A stretch of 64,000 nucleotides of DNA from Eledone cirrhosa. Its lineage: Eukaryota. The notes under the pieces were generated by a model, which saw only the letters and a list, made by a program, of their open reading frames with translations, was not told where the DNA came from and made no database searches. The stretch spans positions 50,096,001 through 50,160,000 of the forward strand of contig OZ024748.1 of NCBI GenBank assembly GCA_964016885.1, read 5' to 3'. How positions within the stretch are numbered: the first letter of the stretch is position 1; each line of letters opens with the position of its first letter. Both the position numbers and the translations under genes were made by a program. Below, piece after piece: positions 15,856-31,320 of this stretch.

Positions 15856-16133
15856 CGGGGGTGGCTTAAAAGTTCATAAGTTGACTATAAAGGGGTGATG
15901 GTAAAGCTGTGAATTCTTGCATGCTTTAATTTCAACATAGAATACATAATTGGCTCACATGAAGACAGAAATACGAACCTAACCCACAATTTCTTTGTGG
16001 ATGACTTGAAACTCTATGCCAACATTCTTATCATTAACTGCATTGTTTCTTTACAGGTAAAAGATAAAACTCCCTTGGTCATTCCAAGAGAGTATCTTGG
16101 TCAGTCTATGAACTTTTCAGCTGACTTTTATAT
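15856..16133. mobile_element. Decayed mariner-like MITE
   Basis: Imperfect TIRs: GGCTTAAAAGTTCATAAGTTGAC versus GTCAGTCTATGAACTTTTCAGCT. Confidence 0.55.
15961..16029 (+). pseudogene. Non-LTR reverse transcriptase catalytic-motif fragment (R4/Dong-like)
   Basis: Translates EDRNTNLTHNFFVDDLKLYANIL, matching the H-x-x-(F/Y)-x-D-D-L-K-L-Y-A motif. Confidence 0.7.
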
Positions 16134-16293
16134 CGTACCGTTTATTGTTGTATTCTATTGTTTTTAGGTTGTTACCAAATATCATCATAAATATTGTTAA
16201 ATGCTATTGTTTCCGTGTGATTCTTTTTGTATTTCACTAACTGGAGAGTACGTAATAGTACGGACTATTGTAATACGTATAATTTATACTGTT

Positions 16294-16665
16294 GATTGGC
16301 AGTATCGGTATAGTGTCGGATCCCCTGCCTTGTGGTAGAGAGTTACGGCTCTTTACGTTCTGAGTTCAAATCTCGCCGAGTTTAGCTTTGCCTTCCATCC
16401 TGACGGGGGTCGATAAAATAGAGCACCAATAACACACTGGGATCGATTTAATCGATTTTCCCCTCCCCCCAAGATTGCTGGCTTTGTGCCTAAATCAGAG
16501 TAGAGGGTTCGACGCCGTGCTTTGCAGCAAAGAGTTACAACCCTTTATGGTCTGAGTTCAAATCCTGCCGAGGTTAACTTTACCTTTCATGCTTACGGGG
16601 TCGATAAAATAAAGTACCAGTAATGTACTGGGTATTTGCTGGCCTTGTGCCAAAAGTAGAAACAA
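16294..16665 (+). mobile_element. Two head-to-tail SINE A copies (16294-16498 long variant; 16501-16665)
   Basis: Two B boxes and two central domains; the first copy has an extra GATCGATTTAATCGATTTTCCCCTCCCCCAAG segment. Confidence 0.88.
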
Positions 16666-16788
16666 TGATTAGATTGTTGAAATTAGTAGAAAGATTAAAA
16701 CACGATATTTATGACTAGGCGATGGTACGAATCCTTTTTCACGAGGATCCCTAAAAATGTGCTATGGCCTTCTATCATCATCATTATT

Positions 16789-16838
<50 letters not shown>

Positions 16839-17030
16839 AATTATCATCACCATCAATATTAACATAAAAAATACAGGAAGCAGTATGCAGACTAGTACAA
16901 TGCAAAACAACGCTCTCTAAGAAGGAACAACACATTGGAGTAATGTAGTCCCAAATAGATCAAGTCAGAAAAATAAGCATCGTGGTAGTGACAATTGTAA
17001 CAAAATCTAACCCTATGAAGGGGTCACTAT

Positions 17031-17213
17031 GTGGATTGGCAGTATCGGTAGAGGGTCGGACGCCATGCTTTGACGCATAGAGTTATGGCCCTTGCCATTC
17101 TGAGTTCAAATCCCGCCGAGGTTAACTTTGCCTTTCATCCTTACAGGGTCGATAAAATAAAGTACCAGTAATGCACTGGGTAATTGCTGGCCTTGTGCCA
17201 AAAGTAGAAACAA
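17031..17213 (+). mobile_element. SINE family A
   Basis: Homologous to 4667-4852. Confidence 0.9.
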
Positions 17214-17294
17214 CTATGTTAGATATCCTAAACAAATCTCATCAAATCTTGATTAGAAATTCTAAATAACCTAGTGTGAAGGGATTTGGCGTCG

Positions 17295-17555
17295 CCTGGC
17301 CTAGTGGTATGGTTATTGGACTTAGGCTCATAATGTCGTGAGTTCGATTCCTGGACTGGCTTGTATATTGTGTTCGTGAGAAAAACACTTCATGTTACGT
17401 TGCACCAGTATACTCAGCTGAAAACGAGTTCCATCAAAAGCTGAGTTTTTGACCCTGGTGTCTTGTTCAGGTGGGGAGAGTCTTGTACTCTCGGTTGCTT
17501 TATTCCACGGAATCCGGGATAGGCAGCGACGTGGTGAGCCTCTGGGTTTGAAACA
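17295..17555 (+). mobile_element. tRNA-derived SINE family B (CORE-like)
   Basis: TGGCCTAGTGG A box, GAGTTCGATTCC B box, then a TGTGTTCGTGAGAAAAACACTTCA CORE-like block; homologous to 63735-64000. Confidence 0.8.
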
Positions 17556-18339
17556 GACATTGTGTACATTTACCTTACGAAGGGATGTGGGATACGTTAT
17601 TTCAATACTAGGGTGTAAGGGGATCTGGATAGAAGTAGTGTCTAATGACTGTCAACTGCACTCTTTAGAATTGGACAGGTTCACCAGTTCTCATCCAACC
17701 CACTAAAGGTTTCATGCCTGGCGCCTAATGCCAGAGAGAACACGTTCAACAATGTCGTCTTATATAATCCTCTAAACAGATGGGTTGATTACAACAGGAT
17801 TGTCTTTGGTCATTGGTCATCTCAATCAGAATTGTACTAAAGAATACAATCTGCAACATTCCACAGGCACGTGTGGCCTTAATGTAATTCTCAGAGAGAT
17901 TAAGCGTGACAAAGGCTGGCTCTTTGAAATACAGCTCATGTTTGCCAGATGAATAGACTAGATTCTAGACTATTTATCTGGCAAACATCAGCTGTATTTA
18001 GAACAAGATAAAATACCATATGTTTCCCAAGGGCAGAACGCTGTGACCACTAAGCTAGCAGCCTTCACATCTACAGCCATTACAGATATGTATAAACAAT
18101 AATTATCTATAACTGAGTGGAGGAATTTGTTCGTATTGGCCTCGTTAAAAATACTTCATATGATCCCATATATTTTGACAGAGCCGTAGGGTCACCGTAC
18201 TGACATACGGCGTTTCTTGAATAATTTAAGTCTGGCGGAGCCCATCCCTCTCCAGGTCTGAATACAGCAAATTTCTTGCAGACAAAGATTGAGAGTGAGT
18301 GGGAGAAAGTGAGAAAGAGATATAGAAGAAGAATTGACC

Positions 18340-18482
18340 TCTGTACTAGACTGGTACTCTTTTTATGGATCTCAAAAGCATGAAAGGCAACGTTGACCTC
18401 GGTGAGATTTAAACTCAGAGAGAAGAATGGCTGAACGAATATATTATATCCCACGTTCTAACGACTCGGTCAATTCGCCGCC
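18340..18482 (-). mobile_element. Diverged SINE A relative
   Basis: CTGGTACT...TGAAAGGCAACGTTGACCTCGGTGAGATTTAAACTCAGA...CAATTCGCCGCC is the reverse complement of the SINE A consensus. Confidence 0.75.
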
Positions 18483-19021
18483 CATAAAATTACTTAGAAA
18501 ATTTACTTGAAAACGATAAAAGCAAAATACGTTCATTACAATGACATGCATGATCATGCTACTTAAGAGGCGGAATTGTAGAGTGGAGTTAAAAGAATTT
18601 GTAATTAAATATGACCGTATTCTTCTCTGTCAAGAAAATGTGATCAGGGCTTACTTTCTTTCACGTTATTTTACAAATATTAGCATGCAAACAAACACTC
18701 GCACACACAAACGCACACACACTGAAACAGATACACATACAGGCGCACACGCAGACACATACATACGTACACACACAAACACATACATACGTACACACAC
18801 GCGTACACGTCTATATGTATACACATATATACTATCTCTCTCTCACACACATATACACACAGACAGACCTCACACACACACACATATATATATATTCGTG
18901 AGTGAATCCACTATGTTAGAGCGAAAACAAATCTTATCTATATATATATAGAGAAAGAGACATATATACACATATATAAGTAAACTCGCATGTACACGCG
19001 CACATAAAGTCATACACAAGC

Positions 19022-19094
<73 letters not shown>

Positions 19095-19279
19095 GACTAT
19101 ATATATATTTATACACTATATATATCTATGCATATATTTACACGGCTTAACACAAGTCCATATAAATATATCTCAATACATTTACTCGTATCCCATAATA
19201 CGCTCAGTCTTAAACGCTTACAACCAATAGATTACATTGCACAAACATATTCACACACATGCACACACACACACACACG

Positions 19280-19311
<32 letters not shown>

Positions 19312-19342
19312 CACGAACACACACACACACACACGCACACGC

Positions 19343-19386
<44 letters not shown>

Positions 19387-19952
19387 GCACACACACACAC
19401 ATACACATTCATACACCAATCCTGTATCTTCGGCGTCAATAGGTCAGTGAGTTTAGAGCTTAGTAAAGATTTCTAGACCGAGGCCATAAAGAAGAATTTT
19501 AACAAAATATCTATTCTGGGTTTCTGTTTCTGTTAGTTTTTCCTATCCTTTCTTCACTTCGTCGCCATTTTCTTTCTTGTTTTTACTAGACATTTGTTTC
19601 TTTTCCCTCTATTTCGCTGCTGTTGTTTCAGTTGCTGTCGATGTTGTTGTTGTGGTTTAGTTTGCATTTTTACGTTTCTTGTTGAAAATATCTCCAATGC
19701 TTAATTTGTTTGAAACTTCTATTGGAGATTGATGGCATCTGTTCTAAACTGCTATTCTCATTATTCCTAATTTGCTGAAAGAATTCCTACGTTTTGTAGT
19801 ATGCACAAGTAGTAGAAGAGGTAAAGAAGTGGATGGAGGAATGTAGATGAATATATATATATATATACACACACATATATATAAACACATATATATATAA
19901 ACACATATATATGTGTCTGTGAGTGTTTGTGTGTATATGTAAGTATATAATG

Positions 19953-20030
<78 letters not shown>

Positions 20031-20507
20031 TATATATATACAAAGATATATATATATATACAAATATATATATATATACAAAAAAAAACAGAAATAAATA
20101 TGAAAAAAACAAAAAACATGAACAATGAATTAATAATAACAATAATAATAAGTTAGTGACTATTATAGGTTTTATTAAACAAAAGCTTAAGGTCAACTTA
20201 AAGGTGAGGTGGCTGATGAGGGGGAAACGCGTAAAAGAGTAGACAAATGTAGGTCAAGTTAGTTTTGAATTCAATCATCTACTTTTCCGTGTCTTAACCC
20301 GTTAATAAAGAATTTGACGCTAATAATCTCTTCTGTAATGGTATATGTCATTTATTTCCAAGTCTGACATTTTAAGGGAGGGTGCGGTTTCCCATCTTCC
20401 TTTCTCTCTTTAATCCCGTCTTGTCTCTCTCTCTCTCTGTCTGTTTGTCTCTCTGTCAGTCTGTCTGTCGACATGTTTGTCTTTCTTTTTTTCTGATTTT
20501 GTATGTT

Positions 20508-20572
<65 letters not shown>

Positions 20573-21541
20573 CAGTCTGTCAGTCTGTCAGTCCGTCTGC
20601 CTGCCTGTTTGTCTTCCTTTTTTTCTGACTTTGTACGTCCGTCTCTCTCTCTCTCTCTCTCTCTGTAAGTGTGAAAAATAGAAACAGAGAGAAATGAGCG
20701 GGGCCGAAGAGAGATGTGATAAAGACAGATATAAAGAAAGAACGATAGATATAAAGATATAAAGAAAGTCAGAAAAAAATGAACTATATGCAGCATATGA
20801 TACTGGTAAACTGCGCCTTAAAGAACTATAGTCAAAAGACGGCTGTATTTTGTATGCAACAGTCACAGTGTGTCGAGTTAAAAACATCATGCAAAAGAAT
20901 CTAACATTGACTGTAAGACTTTTCTGGTTTCAAGGGAACCATACAATGCACTTCGTTTAATCTATAGAAGTATAATATGTAACCTATTAATAACTCATCA
21001 TGTTGAGCATTTCTTCAACTTTGCAAACAAATAACAAATTCTATCTAACTATCAAATATACATACGCCATAACATCCTCATAGTATAATCCACAGTAAAT
21101 GGGTTATAGTATTGCAGATAAAGTTTCTTAATCTAAAGTGTACTTAGATTAAATGCATATATCGTTTGTAAATATTTGCACTGTAGAAGAAACAATCGCA
21201 CATTCATATATTCACTAAACATTTTCTCCTTTTGTCAAAATGCTATACATATATTATACCGACACAACAATAACCTACTTTCTTCTCACGTTCTAACCAA
21301 AACTCTGTAAAAAAAACAACATTGGTGTAACTGTCTCCAAATCTATCTATGCAGATTAAGAGTCAGTCCACCTTGTGGTCCCGGCGGACAGGATGAAGAC
21401 ATTGCCCTGGAGACGCACTGGAACAGCCCATCCGCCTAGTGGTCCCGACGGACAGGATGAGAATTTTGCTCCGGAAGTTGGCGGGGGAGATATAATTTAT
21501 GCAGTCTACAGGAAAATGGAAAATTTTGCAATTGCAAGTTC

Positions 21542-21605
21542 TAAAGAGCAAAAAATCTCTGTCAAGGTAATCTTAAAGAGCAAAAAATCTCTGTCAAGGT
21601 AATCT
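21542..21605. repeat. Perfect 32-bp tandem duplication
   Basis: TAAAGAGCAAAAAATCTCTGTCAAGGTAATCT x2. Confidence 0.95.
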
Positions 21606-22277
21606 AGTGATTGGTCAACGTTAATCCAACCAAAATATTAAACAAATGTTTGTATTCTATGATTAAATAAATTAAACGTATCTCTCCGAAGAAGGGATCT
21701 GCTTGAACATTTACAAATGACGTCTCTTCGACAGTATAAATATTCATTCAAATTTAACAATTTTAAAAAAGACCAAAAGGCTTATAAAATTCGCATAAAA
21801 CCTTTTACACAGTGATGAATAGAATGAGAACCAAATTTACACTAAATTGGACAGCTATGTAATAGAAAAAAAACACACATAAAATCTTGAGCTATAACGT
21901 ATAATAATTTTTGTGTTAAATGTTTGGGGGCATCACCCAGCGTAAAATGCGACCAATTCTATGAACTGCGCTTGATTTCCTTCTCGTATATGTGTGAACT
22001 TTTTCCATGGTTTATCCCAAAGATGAAAGAAATGTTGGTAACAAAGGAGGCAAAGTCGTAAAACCAAATTGATAATAAATGACGTGTAAAAGGTAATAAT
22101 ATAACAAATTTACTCGCAGAGATTTTGTGTAGGTGAAATGAATCAAAGGAGAAAGCGAATACGTGTGGGTTGTGTGCAACACAGAGTTAGAAACAAATAA
22201 ACGCACAGAAAAATAATATGCAAAAAAATATACATAAATTTAGACACAAATACACATAGTATACAATGATGTTCATC

Positions 22278-22339
<62 letters not shown>

Positions 22340-22355
22340 GTATATACATATATAT

Positions 22356-22465
<110 letters not shown>

Positions 22466-22589
22466 ATATATATGTATGTGTGTATATATATATATATATA
22501 CATACGTACGTGGACACAATGTAACACAAAACACTTAATATGAATATATATATATATATATATACATAAATATATATATATATATATAC

Positions 22590-22708
<119 letters not shown>

Positions 22709-22920
22709 GATGTGTATATGTGTGTGTATGTGTATTAAATTAATGTACATATTATGTAGACATAAAGATGAGTTTAAAGATATATATAAAGAGAATCTGA
22801 CATATAGAATGACACTAAAACACATGCTCTCATAACGTCTAATTCTCGTTTACACACTTTCATTCATATGAACATATAGACATACATGCATATACACACA
22901 CAAATATTATAACTTATATT

Positions 22921-22998
<78 letters not shown>

Positions 22999-23637
22999 TC
23001 TCTCTATATATATATATATATGTGTGTCTGTGTATGTGTCTGTGTGTGTGTGTCTCTCTCTATATATATATAGAGAGAGAGAAGGAGGGAGATAGAGGGA
23101 GAGAAAGAATTTGTGTTTGTGTACAGAATCGGAAGTTAAAATGGCGAGAAAGATATTTAATAGATATGGATATTTGGTAGATTTGTAGTTAGATCTAAAA
23201 AGAGAGAATGAGCAAGAGATAAAAAAAAAAATAAAAGAAAAGAAAATAGATAAAGGTGAGAGAAGAAAAAATATCAACAATGAAATAAAGATTATTAAAT
23301 TAGCAACAAGAGGAACAGTTCTGGGTCAATAAGAGAAATTCTAGCTTTGAAAAAGTGTCTTTGCCTAATATCATGATAGTTGTTCATACAGAAGTTTGAC
23401 CAACAAAATAACAAAACCAAGGCAACATTGACAAAAGAATCTATGCAGTGTTATTATTTTTTTTGTTTTTATATACACTTCATCATTTTTTTTTTTTTTT
23501 ATTGATACTTGTTTATCATTTGTTTCTTTTAATCTCAGAATTACTCCTGTTATTGATTTAGCATGGAGAGTTGTTGAGGAAATATATTGTATTTGACGAT
23601 TTTGTTTTAAATAAACCATGAGATAGTTACTGGATTG

Positions 23638-24590
<953 letters not shown>

Positions 24591-24738
24591 TTAATATAAT
24601 AAATATGCGTATGTTTTCTGCGAAGATGCACACAAACACATACACACACACACTCACAAACATATATATACTTACACATACACATGCATATATATATGAA
24701 AGTGTATGCGCGTGTGGGTATGTATATGTATATACATA

Positions 24739-24850
<112 letters not shown>

Positions 24851-25624
24851 TACTATGCCTGATAAACAATAACCACAATCACCGTAGGATAGAAAATACT
24901 GTAATATTAGCTACAAGAATGTAGAATCAAAGATGTATATTGATGTAGCAAAACGTGTAAATTACAGGGTTATACATATTTGGCTAAATATTTACGGTTG
25001 TCTTGAGATACCATGAAATATATATTTTGAAAAATATATATGTATATATAATTCTGTTTGCCATAATATAGATAACTTCTAATTGGTGCCTGTAAATTAA
25101 TCCCAATTCAAAATTAAAATATATATTATATATGCTACAGAGAAATAAGGAGTGCCAAGAGTTTAATAAATGGGAATAAGCATGATAGCCATAAATGAAA
25201 TATGTGGGTGTTAGACATAAAGCAACAACGTGTGAGAAAGAATGCTTCAAAATTAACTGGATGAAAGACAAATAATGAAGCCGAAGGTAAAATTCGTTTA
25301 TAACTCCGCGCACTGGCGAGGTTTTAGTCTGGTGTTTATGTATATTAACAGTACGGCAGTGTCCCTATAATTGCCAAAAATCCCTGCTCTACTGTGTAAA
25401 CCATATAGGGTTAGTGGGATTTTATAACATTCATCTATGCACACAGGGAAACACGTCCTATGTATCGATATTTGTATATAATTAAAATCCACATTCGCAG
25501 CGTTTTCTAAAAATGATTGAATATCTCAAGTTATAGGATTATCTCCCTTGGTTTCTTAATATCTGAAAACAACTAATGAGAGATTCGGTCTTGAATTTGC
25601 AAAGTTAATCTGAGATGATTGATA

Positions 25625-25682
<58 letters not shown>

Positions 25683-25801
25683 TAAATTAAGAGAAAGGAA
25701 GAGATAGAGAAAAAAAAAGGCGTACAGGTAAAACCAGAAACTATACCCCCGGCACGTATATATATATGTGTGTTAGTGTGTGTTTGGGTGTGAGTGTGCG
25801 C

Positions 25802-25871
<70 letters not shown>

Positions 25872-26041
25872 ATGTATATATGAGTGTTCGTATGGGCATA
25901 CACGTAAATATATGTATGTAGATAAATTGAGGATGTATTGTAAAGTTCTTGTGTAACTTGTACAATAAATTAGATCGGAAAGTGATATGTTTCTTATTGC
26001 AATATATGTATACATACATACATACATATATATATATACAC

Positions 26042-26159
<118 letters not shown>

Positions 26160-26347
26160 GTGTGTGTATATACACACAAATACACACACATACACACATA
26201 TATATATATAACACATATTAAAAATGGCATATTTGTTGAAAAGAAATCATAAAAGTATTGCTTCAAGGTAAGATTTCATACAAACGTTTCGGAAATATGT
26301 TAGAATGTAATGAAAATTCAAAGTACTCAGTCTATCCGCTTATCTAC

Positions 26348-26401
<54 letters not shown>

Positions 26402-26453
26402 ACGTATGTATGCATGCATACATGCATATACATATATATATATCACAATACAC

Positions 26454-26490
<37 letters not shown>

Positions 26491-26889
26491 AATATATATA
26501 TATATATATTTATATCTAAGCAAAAACATATATATATATATACATATATATAAGAGTGTGGATATATAGTATTATATATACACATATATAATATATATAC
26601 TTATATATATGCAACTATGTATATGCATATTCAAATATGTATATTGTTGCACAGATTTTAATATTTCCTGAGATCTTTTATAATTTCAAATGTCGTTTTA
26701 GACTATGCTTGGTTAATCGTCGGAAAGAGAGAGTAAAAAATGGTAATATTTTGCACAATACACTAAAGAGGAACCGGTGACGATGTTGAATATCATCTCG
26801 TACCTCCCACCGACATCTCGCTAGTTTTTTTTCATTCATTTTAACTGCGTTATATTTATTTATTTTAAATGTAGCTATGTCTGCAATTC

Positions 26890-26992
<103 letters not shown>

Positions 26993-27024
26993 TTCTCTTT
27001 CCTTCTCTCTCTCCCTATCACTAT

Positions 27025-27089
<65 letters not shown>

Positions 27090-27120
27090 TTTCTCTTTCC
27101 TTCTTTCTCTCTATCACTAT

Positions 27121-27170
<50 letters not shown>

Positions 27171-27269
27171 TTCTCTCTCTCTCTCTATATATATATGTAT
27201 ATGTATATATATATTTATCTTTCTCTCACTCTCTTTCCTTCTCTCTCTCTCTCTATCTATATATATACA

Positions 27270-27308
<39 letters not shown>

Positions 27309-27836
27309 TTCTCTCTCTCTCTCTCTTTCCTTATCGCACTATCTATCTATTTATCTATCTCTTTCTCTCTCCTTCTCTCGCTCCCTCTCTCTATCTATCT
27401 CTATATATCTCTCTCTCATTCTCTCTCTCTCTCACTATATCTCTCACCTTCTGTCCCCCTCTCTCTCTCTCCTTCTTTTCCGCCTTCTCTCACTCTCTCT
27501 TTCACTTCACGTTCAATATATCGCTCTGTCCCCCCCCCCCCGTTTTCTCAGTCGCTCGTTTTCTTTTCATACAAAATATTACGGATGCACATTTACACAA
27601 ACTCATGCTCATACAAACACGCTCACATTAATATACATACATGCGTGTGTGTATATGTGTATAGTTTTAGTAATGTATAAATATTATAAATTCCTCAAAA
27701 TTCTATACGTATATATAATATATATGATATAACATTGTTCATTTTCTCATCGCATGTGGAGAATGGAGAAATATATGTTTAAAATTTGATATGTGTACGT
27801 ATCTATGTATGTATTTATGCATGCAAGTAATCATGC

Positions 27837-27913
<77 letters not shown>

Positions 27914-27967
27914 CACATAATTTTTCAATCACATACTTTCTTCAATCACATATTTTTTTATTTGTTT

Positions 27968-28150
27968 GACCCGAATTACTTGGTCGTTTCTATGGTTGTG
28001 CGGATGACGGTTTAACCATCGTCTGAGTGTGTTTCGCCTTTAACGTATGTTGTAGCTGTGGTTCGTCAGAATTATTGAGCGCTTGCCACACATCTCGGAA
28101 GTTGTTTTTCGCTAATTCCAAAGCCGAAATACGATTCTCGCTAATTTATA
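27968..28150. mobile_element. Dispersed repeat, family E
   Basis: Homologous to 14692-14872. Confidence 0.8.
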
Positions 28151-28164
28151 TATATATATATATA

Positions 28165-28253
28165 TGGAGTTGCGACCGATAGATAGTACTAGCAACTGGA
28201 AAGACCAACGGAAACATTGTTTCCCCGGTCCGATTTGACGAAAGTCAATCGAT
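28165..28253. mobile_element. Structured ~100-bp repeat, family D
   Basis: Near-identical to 52535-52635 and homologous to 30185-30285. Confidence 0.85.
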
Positions 28254-28256
28254 AAA

Positions 28257-28290
<34 letters not shown>

Positions 28291-28297
28291 TTATATA

Positions 28298-28352
<55 letters not shown>

Positions 28353-28675
28353 ATATGAAGTAGTTAGTTTCGAATTCACTGTTGCAGCATACATAGAAAA
28401 TTTTGCCATATTACAATCGTTTCAATATTAATCAGCTGAAGGTAGAATGATAATGTCCAGGGCCCGACTCTACCTCGATATCTCCTTAGATATGCGAGTT
28501 TATATGTGCAGAGACATATCGAAGCTGTTAACAGAGCAACAGTGACTTTGATATTACTTTATTAACTCTCTACACACTACAACAACGTTTAATCTGGAAT
28601 AAACCCCAATACGAGGCGGACCTCGTAAGAACATCGAGTGTTTCGAGCCCCGCACTGCATAGTTAGACGCTTAAG

Positions 28676-28707
<32 letters not shown>

Positions 28708-28726
28708 GAGTGTGTGTGTGTGCATT

Positions 28727-28792
<66 letters not shown>

Positions 28793-28896
28793 TAATGCAA
28801 TGAAATATCTATGATCGTTGGCAAATCACTGATGAGGGACTCATTTTATAACATGTTATCCATGTGCAACCTGCAGTATTCTTCTCCCCATTTTTT

Positions 28897-28948
<52 letters not shown>

Positions 28949-29329
28949 CAGTAATACTAAGGTAGCGTTAAGCCTTATAGGGGTTTAGATGAAAACGTGT
29001 ATAAATATATACATGAAAGCATATAATATAAGATTGTATAAAGTAAAGAAATGAGACCCTCAGTACCAAAGAAAAAATGTTACAAACACACACACACAGA
29101 GACACACAGACACACACACACACACACACAGACACACACAGACACACACACACACATACACACACACACACACACATTTAGTTTGTTTGATAGATAGATC
29201 GATTGATATGATTTCTACAGATATACGTATGTGTATGAATAAATGACCTAAAATACATTTGCTGATTTTTACACTTATTGTTGTTGTATACAATCGTTGA
29301 CTGTATGATACTGTTGTACGTATTTCCTG

Positions 29330-29545
29330 GCAGTTCATGTAGCAATGTTTTGTAAATTCTGTGAAATACTGTTGTCGTTTTTCTCATGCATTTGTCATCA
29401 GTTTTAGCATCTCCAATATCACAGAGAATATTTCCAATATAGCTGCATCGTTCCGTCTCTTGACATTATTTTCTTCAACAACCGTTTTCCCTCTTGTTTG
29501 TCCGATTTCCATCATCTTCCTCTTCCCTGTACTCATTGTCAATCA
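29330..29545 (-). pseudogene. Frameshifted RTE-like LINE RT C-terminal (thumb) remnant
   Basis: Minus-strand frames give MSTGKRKMMEIG... and CSYIGNILCDIGDAKTDDKCMRKTTTVFHRIYKTLL, resembling KTKVM...F-YLGS-I--DG----EI--RI-KA---F--L. Confidence 0.55.
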
Positions 29546-30116
29546 GATATTCTTACATTTTTCATCTGCAGAAAGAAACCCTAGTAAAAATACAAAGAAA
29601 ACAGCAAAAATACAAATAGAACAAGGAGATGTGAATGTTACGCCTGGAACACATTTGATCATATTTTCACATCACGTAGGGCTGACCTGGGCCTAAAGTA
29701 CAATTGTAACTAACTAAATGTATACTAAACATTAGTGGGAATTAATACAAATTCTTCGTCAATTTATGATAAAAATAAAATAAAATAAAATAATTTTCCT
29801 TCACTTAATATTTTTCCTATCTTCATTTTATTTTTGTTCATTCTTTGTTTTCGAATTTATTTTCTGTCTTTTTCTGTCCTCCCTCCCCACCTTCGATCTT
29901 CTTCAGTGTTTCTTTATTTCCCTGAGAATTACTTTCCCTACGTTCATCTCATTATTACTTACAGTAATGTAATTTATTTGGGAGAAATGAATTAAGACGA
30001 AGGCGCCAATTTCTCACCTCGCATCTAAAACGACTATTTCTGAGAGAAGAAAAAAAAACAGTATGAATAATGGACAACAAAAACAATCAAAGAAATACGT
30101 TTGTACACATATACGG

Positions 30117-30184
<68 letters not shown>

Positions 30185-30186
<2 letters not shown>

Positions 30187-30285
30187 TCTACCTGGAGTTA
30201 CGACCGATATATATTATTAGCAATTGGAAAGACTAACGGAGACAATGTTTCCTTGGTCCGATTTGACGAAAGTCGATCGATCCTT
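30185..30285. mobile_element. Family D repeat in (TA)n
   Basis: Homologous to 28165-28253 and 52535-52635. Confidence 0.85.
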
Positions 30286-30353
<68 letters not shown>

Positions 30354-30418
30354 CATACACACACACACATATACATATATATATATATATATGTTTGTTT
30401 GTAAAAATGTATGGATGA

Positions 30419-30497
<79 letters not shown>

Positions 30498-30929
30498 CAC
30501 ACACATATATATATATATATAAATACATACACACACACACATATACACACATATATATATATGTTCGTTTTGAAAAAAGGTATGGATGAATGTATATATA
30601 TATATATATATATACATACATATATATATATACATATATATATATATTTATATATATATATGTATATATATGTACATTCGTGTGTGTGTGTGTGTAAAGC
30701 CATAATTAGAAACCAACAAATTTGTCAAAAAATACAATATACAATAGTATTGGTCTTCTTTCTATTTCCTCTTTGTATTTCAAGTACGACTTCGTATTAA
30801 AATACAAGTGTACGTGTTTGTAGAGTACAGTGAATCAGTCGAATTTATTACTGGTACTATCTGGACATAGAATGAATGAGCCACAGGTTTTATATCGGAG
30901 TTATTCCAGTTTCCTGAGATGCCTTCTTC

Positions 30930-31320
30930 TAGAAGAATACCCTGACGATGTTGATCTTTTCTTCTTTTCGGGTTATAGCTACTGTCGCTCAGTGAGTGGG
31001 ATTGGCTCAGCGCACAGCCTTTCCTTACTTTTAAATACGATAGCATTAATTGATAACTATTAAGGGCGGTGGATTGGCAGTATCGGTAGAGGGTCGGACG
31101 CCATGCTTTCCAGCATAGTTACGTCCCTTTACGATCTGAGTTCAAATCCCGCCGAGGTTGACTTTGCCTTTCATCCTTACGGGGTCGATAAAATAAAGTA
31201 CCAGTAATGCACTGGGTAATTGCTGGCCCTGTGCCTAAAGTAGAAACAATTAATTGATAACTATTAATAATGGTATATCGTGCAATGGCCATACTCGATA
31301 ACGAAGGAGCAGCCATCATC
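30930..31320. mobile_element. Older dispersed repeat interrupted by a SINE A copy
   Basis: Segments match 38840-38920 and the reverse complement of 52172-52315. Confidence 0.65.
31065..31250 (+). mobile_element. Full-length young SINE A with 19-bp target site duplication
   Basis: ATTAATTGATAACTATTAA at 31045-31063 and 31249-31267. Confidence 0.95.

Noticed and set aside
21375-21602. GC-richer 75-aa ORF
   Set aside because: No domain recognised; the 3' end is a 32-bp tandem duplication
28826-28882. CTGATGAG...GCAAC-CTGCAG-TA hammerhead-like motif
   Set aside because: GAAA box mutated and no stem I; similarly incomplete CTGATGA hits at ~7412, ~39570 and ~59545 were not called
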